A stretch of 64,000 bases of DNA. Origin: Candidatus Hydrothermales bacterium. GTDB taxonomy: Bacteria > Hydrothermota > Hydrothermia > Hydrothermales > JAJRUZ01. The notes below the pieces were generated by a model, which was not told the DNA's origin, did no database searches, and saw nothing but the letters and a program-made list of their open reading frames with translations. Where the stretch lies: contig JBCNUW010000006.1 in the NCBI GenBank assembly GCA_039630575.1, positions 13,780 to 77,779 on the forward strand, in the 5' to 3' direction. Both the position numbers and the translations under genes were made by a program. Positions 58,369 through 64,000 of the stretch are shown here, in pieces (positions within the stretch are counted from its first letter, which is position 1; each line of letters starts with the position of its first letter).

Positions 58369-59091
58369 ATGAAAATTTATGTAGGTTTATGTTCGTCACC
58401 TTCAAAAAAAGGTTATTTTAATTTTTTTGATGCAGTAGAAATTCAAGAGACATTTTATACTGTTCCAAGTGAGACAAAGGCTAAAAATTTGAAAAATAAA
58501 ACTCAAGATTTGAATGATTTTTACCTATTTTTAAAGGCTCCTCAACATATAACACATCCTTTTAATTCTTCAACATACAAAAGATCTAAAAAAGATTATG
58601 GAAAAAGAGAAAATTATGGTTTTTTCAAAGATACAGAAGAGGTTGACTTAGCATGGAAAGATATAAAGTGTTTTGCCACAGCCTCTGGAGCAAAAGGTAT
58701 TGTTTTTCAAACTCCTTCCTCTTTTAACGAGACTGAGGAGAATATAAAAAACATAAAAAATTTTTTTAAAGATAAAGATGGTTTACTCTTTTTCTGGGAG
58801 TGTAGAGGAAAGTGGAAAAGCGAAACTCTCAGAAAAATTTATAGTGATTTAAGAATTTATCAAGCAGTTGATCCTTTTCATCAAGAAGTTTTGATGTATG
58901 ACTTTGTGTATTTGAGATTACATGGGAGAATTATGTATAGATATAAGTTTGAAAATAAAGATTTTGAAGAGATTGTTGATTTAATAAAAAAATCAAAAGG
59001 TTATGTTTTTGTTATGTTTAATAATATTTATATGTGGGAAGATGCTATAAAATTTAAAGAATTCATTACTGAAAAGGGAATTTATGGATAG
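58369..59091 (+). CDS. DUF72 family protein
   Basis: VEIQETFY, KAPQHITH, FQTPSSF, WECRG, YLRLHG, FNN. Confidence 0.9.
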   Translation: MKIYVGLCSSPSKKGYFNFFDAVEIQETFYTVPSETKAKNLKNKTQDLNDFYLFLKAPQHITHPFNSSTYKRSKKDYGKRENYGFFKDTEEVDLAWKDIKCFATASGAKGIVFQTPSSFNETEENIKNIKNFFKDKDGLLFFWECRGKWKSETLRKIYSDLRIYQAVDPFHQEVLMYDFVYLRLHGRIMYRYKFENKDFEEIVDLIKKSKGYVFVMFNNIYMWEDAIKFKEFITEKGIYG

Positions 59092-60124
59092 GAATTTCTA
59101 TGCAGTTATAATGGCGGGAGGAAAAGGAGAAAGACTTTGGCCCCTTTCAAGAGAAAAAAAACCTAAACCTTTTATTGATATCCTTGAAAAACCTCTTATT
59201 AAAATTACCTACGAAAGGATAAAAAGAGTTGTCCCTAAAGAAAATATAATAATTATAGTCCCTTTTTACCTTTCTTCTCTTGTAAGAAAAATACTTGGAA
59301 ATGTCAGGATATTAAGAGAACCACTTTTAAAAAATACTTTTGCAACATGTCTTTTCAGCACATTTTATATTCAAAAAAAATCAAAAGATGCTGTAATTGG
59401 TATATTTCCTGCTGATCATCTTATTAAAGATCAAGATAAATTTAAAGAAATTATAAATTTTGCTTTTAAAAATGTAAAGGATAACATTTTAACTTTTGGA
59501 ATAAAGCCCACAAGACCTGAGACTGGCTACGGCTATATAGAAATTGGTGATATTTTTCTAAAAGAAAAGGGATATGAGATGAGAAAGGTTATAAAATTTC
59601 ATGAAAAACCGAATAAGGAAGTTGCCATAGACTATTTAAAAAAAGGAAACTTTTTCTGGAATTCTGGTATGTTTGTTTGGAGAGCTGATACTTTTTTTGA
59701 TGCACTGAAGGAAGTTAACTTTTCCTTTAGTGAATCGCTTTTTTATTTAAAAAAAAATAATATCAAAAAATTCTTTGAGATTATTCCTAAAACTTCGATT
59801 GATTATGCACTTTTGGAAAAAACTGATAAACTTTTATGTATACCCTCTGATTTTGGATGGGAGGATCTTGGTTCATTTTTGTCTTTTGAAAATATTCTTC
59901 CAAGAGATGAAAATGGAAATTCCTATCTTGGAAAAATTCTTTTTGTAGATTCTAAGAACAACATTGTTTTCTCTAAAAACAAAAGAGTGGTATTTTATAA
60001 ACTTAATAATCTTGCTTTTATTGATTCAAAAGATCTCATTTTAGTTTTTCCTAAGGAAGATTCTCAGAAAATAAAGGATTTATTAGAGGTTTTGAGAAAA
60101 AAGCTTCCCAAAAAATATTTTTAA
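59084..60124 (+). CDS. manC: Mannose-1-phosphate guanylyltransferase
   Basis: MAGGKGERLWPLSR..KPK, PADH, ETGYGYI, FHEKP, WNSGMF, SIDYA. Confidence 0.93.
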   Translation: MDRNFYAVIMAGGKGERLWPLSREKKPKPFIDILEKPLIKITYERIKRVVPKENIIIIVPFYLSSLVRKILGNVRILREPLLKNTFATCLFSTFYIQKKSKDAVIGIFPADHLIKDQDKFKEIINFAFKNVKDNILTFGIKPTRPETGYGYIEIGDIFLKEKGYEMRKVIKFHEKPNKEVAIDYLKKGNFFWNSGMFVWRADTFFDALKEVNFSFSESLFYLKKNNIKKFFEIIPKTSIDYALLEKTDKLLCIPSDFGWEDLGSFLSFENILPRDENGNSYLGKILFVDSKNNIVFSKNKRVVFYKLNNLAFIDSKDLILVFPKEDSQKIKDLLEVLRKKLPKKYF

Positions 60125-60129
60125 AATTT

Positions 60130-60909
60130 ATGAGAGATTTTCTTAATAAAATTCTTTCAGAATTTAAAAATTGTGCTTTTAAAGCAGGGAATATACTTTT
60201 AAGTGAGTATAAAAGAGACGATCTTAGTTTTAGAGAGAAAATAAAGAGAGATTTTGTATCAGAAACAGACTTAAAGGTAGAAGAAGAGGTAAAAAAAATT
60301 TTAGAGAAAAAATTTAAAGATATTCCATTTTTAGGTGAAGAGATGGGTAAAGAATTTATAGAGGAAGGTTTTATATGTGACCCTCTTGATGGGACAAGAA
60401 ACTTTATTCAAAAGATTCCGATTTTCTCTTTTTCAATTGCCTATGTCAAAAAAGGAGAGCCCTTAGTTAGTTTAATTTATGTTCCTTTTTTAAAAGAGCT
60501 TTTTTATGCTATAAAAGGTGGTGGAGCTTATCTGAATGATAAAGCAATAAGAGTTTCAAATAAAGATAGTGGATTTTTAATAGGGACAGGTTTTCCTTTT
60601 AGAAAAAGGGGGTATTGGGAAATTTATTATAAAAAATTAAAGGAAGTATTTGAAAATTCTGATGATTTAAGAAGACCTGGTTCAGCTTCTCAAGATCTTG
60701 CCTATGTTGCCTGCGGTAGGTATGATGGCTTTTTTGAGTTTGGACTTTCTCCTTGGGACGTAATACCGGGGGTGTTGTTGGTAGAAGAGGCTGGGGGAAA
60801 AACAAGTGATATGCAAGGGACAAGAAATCATTTGATAAGCGGTAATATAATAGCAGGAAACCCCTTTGCCTATAATTTACTTTTAAAAATTTTTTTAAAT
60901 AATAATTAA
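60130..60909 (+). CDS. Inositol monophosphatase family (SuhB-like)
   Basis: GEE, DPLDGTRNF, RRPGSA, WDV. Confidence 0.9.
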   Translation: MRDFLNKILSEFKNCAFKAGNILLSEYKRDDLSFREKIKRDFVSETDLKVEEEVKKILEKKFKDIPFLGEEMGKEFIEEGFICDPLDGTRNFIQKIPIFSFSIAYVKKGEPLVSLIYVPFLKELFYAIKGGGAYLNDKAIRVSNKDSGFLIGTGFPFRKRGYWEIYYKKLKEVFENSDDLRRPGSASQDLAYVACGRYDGFFEFGLSPWDVIPGVLLVEEAGGKTSDMQGTRNHLISGNIIAGNPFAYNLLLKIFLNNN

Positions 60910-60950
60910 AAATTTGAATTTTTTTAAAATTTGTTTTAATATAATTTTAT

Positions 60951-62894
60951 ATGCTTACTAAAGATATTAAAAAGAAAATTGTTATTGTGGGAAATCCTAA
61001 TGTTGGAAAGTCATTAGTATTTAATCATTTGACTGGTGAGTATGTAAATGTTTCTAATTATCCAGGAACCACAGTTGAAGTTTCAAGGGGTTTTCTTAAG
61101 GGAAAGAAGGATATCTTAGTTATTGATTCACCGGGAGTTCAAAGTTTACTACCAAGAACTGATGATGAAAGAGTTACTTTAAGAATTTTATTAGAGGAAG
61201 ATCCAGATGTTGTTATTTTAGTTTCAGATTCTAAAAATTTAAAAAGGGCACTTGTTCTTTTGTATCAAATTTCTCTTTTGAAATTTAAAACTGTTTTAGT
61301 TTTAAACATGTATGATGAGGCTCAATTTAAAGGGATAGAAATTGATGATAAAGGTTTAAGTAATGAACTTGGTATACCTGTTATAAAGACTGTTGCGATA
61401 CATGGCAAGGGGATAAAGGAGATAATATTAAATCTTGAGAAAGCTTCTTATCCTAATTTCAATTTCAGTTTGGATAAAAGGATAAATTCCTTTTGGGAGG
61501 AAATGGAGTTAAAACTTAAAGATAAAGTTAAAAGGAAAGAGGGAATTATAAAACTTTTTCTCACAAGAGACGAAAATGTTGAGAATATGCTCAAAGATCT
61601 TTTAAAAGAAGAATATAAAGAGATTGAGAAAATTAGAGAAGATTTTGAGGATTCTATATATGAGCCAGTTGAATTTTTTATTCTCTCTGATATTACAAGA
61701 AATGTTGAAAGTATTGTTTCAAAGTATGTAATAAAAAAGGAAACTGCTACGAAAACCACAGCTAGTGATTTTCTCCATAGTTTTATGGTTCATCCATTTT
61801 TTGGTTTTATTTTTATTTTCTTTGCTTTACTTTTTTTACATCTCTTTGTCGGAAATTTTGGTGCAGGTATTTTAGTAGACTTTCTCGAGAACAGATTATT
61901 TGGTGAAATTATAAATCCTATTTTGATTGGGTTTTTTAATTTCTTACCTGTTCCCCAGGTAGTAAGGGAATTATTTGTAGGAGAGTTCGGAATCTTTACA
62001 ATGGCGCTAACTTATGGTTTTGCAATCATTTTACCTGTTGTTCTTACTTTCTTTATCGCTTTTGGAATAATAGAAGATTCAGGATACTTTCCAAGACTTG
62101 CTTTTCTTTTGAATAATCTTTTTAAAAAAATAGGACTTTCCGGTAAAGTGATTTTACCCATCATACTTGGCCTTGGTTGTGATACTATGGCAACTATAAC
62201 AACTAGGACACTCGAGACTAAGAAGGAAAAAATTATTGTTACTTTACTTTTAGCTTTAGCTGTTCCCTGTTCGGCTCAGTTAGGTGTAATTTTTGCTTTA
62301 ATGGCAAGTCTTTCTTTCTTGGCAATAATAATTTGGGGATCTACAGTTCTTTTCAGCTTGTTTATTGTTGGTTTCTTAGCTTCTCGTTTCTTAAGCGGGG
62401 AAAAAACATTTTTTATAATGGAGATTCCGCCCTTAAGAATTCCAAGTCTTAGGAATATTTTTTATAAAACTATTACAAGATTAGAGTGGTATTTAAAGGA
62501 GGTTATTCCGGTTTTTGTAATAGGAACTTTTATACTTTTTTTTATTGACTTGTCTGGTTTTTTAAAAGTTATAGAGGAGATTTTTAAACCGATTGTAACT
62601 AACATTTTAGGTTTACCGAAAGAAGCTGCCGTTGGTTTTATAATGGGTTTTTTAAGGAGAGATTATGGAGCAGCTGGATTTTTAATTTTAAAGGAAAAGG
62701 GACTTTTAGATATTTCACAGATAATAGTGAGTGTTGTAACGATTACCCTTTTTATGCCATGTATTGCTAATTTACTTGTTATTATAAAAGAAAGAGGTCT
62801 AAAGATAAGCCTTTATATTTCTATTTTTATTGTTATTTATTCAATAACGGCTGGTTTTTTAATTAGAATGATTCTTGAAAAATGGCCAGTTTGA
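60951..62894 (+). CDS. feoB: Ferrous iron transporter FeoB
   Basis: GNPNVGKS, NYPGTT, DSPG, NMYD, EDSGYFPR, GLGC, PCSAQ. Confidence 0.96.
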   Translation: MLTKDIKKKIVIVGNPNVGKSLVFNHLTGEYVNVSNYPGTTVEVSRGFLKGKKDILVIDSPGVQSLLPRTDDERVTLRILLEEDPDVVILVSDSKNLKRALVLLYQISLLKFKTVLVLNMYDEAQFKGIEIDDKGLSNELGIPVIKTVAIHGKGIKEIILNLEKASYPNFNFSLDKRINSFWEEMELKLKDKVKRKEGIIKLFLTRDENVENMLKDLLKEEYKEIEKIREDFEDSIYEPVEFFILSDITRNVESIVSKYVIKKETATKTTASDFLHSFMVHPFFGFIFIFFALLFLHLFVGNFGAGILVDFLENRLFGEIINPILIGFFNFLPVPQVVRELFVGEFGIFTMALTYGFAIILPVVLTFFIAFGIIEDSGYFPRLAFLLNNLFKKIGLSGKVILPIILGLGCDTMATITTRTLETKKEKIIVTLLLALAVPCSAQLGVIFALMASLSFLAIIIWGSTVLFSLFIVGFLASRFLSGEKTFFIMEIPPLRIPSLRNIFYKTITRLEWYLKEVIPVFVIGTFILFFIDLSGFLKVIEEIFKPIVTNILGLPKEAAVGFIMGFLRRDYGAAGFLILKEKGLLDISQIIVSVVTITLFMPCIANLLVIIKERGLKISLYISIFIVIYSITAGFLIRMILEKWPV

Positions 62895-62968
62895 AATTAA
62901 AATGTAATATGTGTGGTAAAAATTTTTTTGATAGATTTTTAAGAAAAATAGTATGGAAAGAAAGGTAG
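62891..62968 (+). CDS. 25-aa CxxC peptide between feoB and dtxR (possible remnant; not in track)
   Basis: TTG overlapping the feoB stop (TTGA); MKLKCNMCGKNFFDRFLRKIVWKER*. Confidence 0.45.
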   Translation: MKLKCNMCGKNFFDRFLRKIVWKER

Positions 62969-63606
62969 AGGAAGCATTAAAGCTTTTGTGGTTTAGGGAA
63001 GAGGGTTGGGATGAGGAGGAGTTGATTCCTGTTAAGAAGTATGAAATAGACGAGAAGAATTATATAGAGCTTGAGAGGGAAGGTTTTGTTGAAAAGAAGA
63101 ATGGTAAATGGTGTTTGACTTCAAAAGGGAGACATTTTGTTTCTGAGATTATAAGGAGGTTAAGGCTTGCAGAGTGGCTTTTTTTAGAGCTTTTTGAGGG
63201 TGAAAAATTTTTTTCAAATGAAGCTGCTTGTCAGCTTGAGCATATTTTAAATGAGGAAGTTTCTGATAAAATTTGTATACTGTTGGGACATCCAAGATTT
63301 TGCCCTCATGGAAAACCTATTCCAAGAGGAAAGTGTTGTGTTGATAAAGGAATTGATGTTGTCAAACCAATTCATGTTCCACTTACCTATATTACAGAGG
63401 GAGAGTATGTGAAGATCATTTCAATAAGGAGTGATGATAAGAGGGTATTACATAAGCTTGCAAGTTTTGGTATAATATCAGGGGTAAAGATAAGGGTTTT
63501 AAAGAGTAGACCTTTATATTTAATTGAGTTAGACGAGACAATAATTTCTATTGATAGGGAAATAGCCGAGAATATTTTTGTTAAAACTATAAGGAAAGAT
63601 ACTTGA
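62953..63606 (+). CDS. DtxR/MntR-family metal-dependent regulator with C-terminal FeoA domain
   Basis: LTSKG...IIRRLRLAEW, ACQLEH, CPHGKPIP, FeoA-like KLASFGIISG. Confidence 0.9.
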   Translation: MERKVEEALKLLWFREEGWDEEELIPVKKYEIDEKNYIELEREGFVEKKNGKWCLTSKGRHFVSEIIRRLRLAEWLFLELFEGEKFFSNEAACQLEHILNEEVSDKICILLGHPRFCPHGKPIPRGKCCVDKGIDVVKPIHVPLTYITEGEYVKIISIRSDDKRVLHKLASFGIISGVKIRVLKSRPLYLIELDETIISIDREIAENIFVKTIRKDT

Positions 63607-63694
63607 CTTTTATAAAAATTTTTGATATAATTAAAGTGAGAGGGGGAAATTAAAAAGAAGGGGGCTTGAAAAATTGAAAGCTTTATGATATAAT
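63603..63694 (+). promoter_or_regulatory. Tandem rRNA operon promoters P1 and P2
   Basis: P1 TTGACT (63603), N17, TATAAT (63626); P2 TTGAAA (63666), N17, TATAAT (63689); both with extended TG. Confidence 0.85.
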
Positions 63695-63772
63695 ATAATA
63701 AAAGGATATTTGAAAAGTGAGGTGGTTGGGTATATTTTGGAGGTTTGAATGTTTTATGTAGAAATTAGAATT

Positions 63773-64000
63773 TTAATGGAGGGTTTGATCCTGGCTCAGG
63801 GCTAACGCTGGCGGCGTGTCTTAGCCATGCAAGTCGTGCGGAGGGGAGAAATCCCCTTAGCGGCGGACGGCGGAGTAACACGTGGCTAACTTGCCCCTGG
63901 GAGGGGGACAACCTGGGGAAACCTAGGCTAATCCCCCATAATGTCCTGGTGGGAAGTTCATCAGGATGAAAAGGAAGCTATTTTAGCTTCTGCCCAGGGA
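63773..64000 (+). rRNA. rrs: 16S rRNA gene, 5' end (partial)
   Basis: AGGGTTTGATCCTGGCTCAG, AACGCTGGCGGCG, CATGCAAGTCG, GAGTAACACGTG. Mature 5' end approximate. Confidence 0.98.

Noticed and set aside
60906..60935. AT-rich imperfect inverted repeat upstream of feoB as a DtxR operator
   Set aside because: Almost all A/T runs, indistinguishable from background without comparative data.
63743..63770. GTTTGAATGTTTTATGTAGAAATTAGAA loosely resembles a type I-B CRISPR repeat
   Set aside because: Single copy, many mismatches, AT-rich and within the rRNA leader; probably chance.

Overview
AT-rich, very gene-dense bacterial chromosomal segment with about 60 CDS, three tRNA genes (Gly-CCC, Arg-TCT, Ala-CGC; none encodes CCA) and the 5' end of a 16S rRNA gene at the right edge. 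A type A T9SS-like sorting domain, type IV pilus genes and a GC-rich, thermophile-like 16S suggest (inference) an FCB-group thermophile such as WOR-3/Hydrothermae. Left to right: amidohydrolase pair; MFS, TauE and RHH genes; a large surface protein; a glycan-modification cluster (methyltransferases, GT4s, SGNH, SxtK/J/I-like carbamoyltransferase module, GT-C, two Wzy/WaaL-like paralogues); a methionine/propionyl-CoA catabolic run; pilMNOP-glmS; pilC-pilS-pilR-polX; tRNA-Arg plus a solo cas6; a cheW-cheY-cheA-cheC cluster without receptor, CheR or CheB that runs into TPR, DUF4388 and roadblock-like genes; gmhA, thyX, tldD, pyrKDF, putP-like, manC, suhB-like and feoB-dtxR/feoA. No CRISPR array or mobile element is visible. 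Most notable: (1) each tRNA is followed after exactly 12 nt by the likely start codon of a co-oriented CDS; (2) many operon-first genes look leaderless (-10 box 5-7 nt before the start); (3) the receptor-less Che-TPR-DUF4388-roadblock cluster; (4) a 3x11-bp repeat over the tauE promoter next to an RHH gene; (5) archaeal-type signature bases in the 16S; (6) two small ORFs missed by the track and two probable ATA/ATT starts. All calls come from reading motifs by eye; no searches were run.
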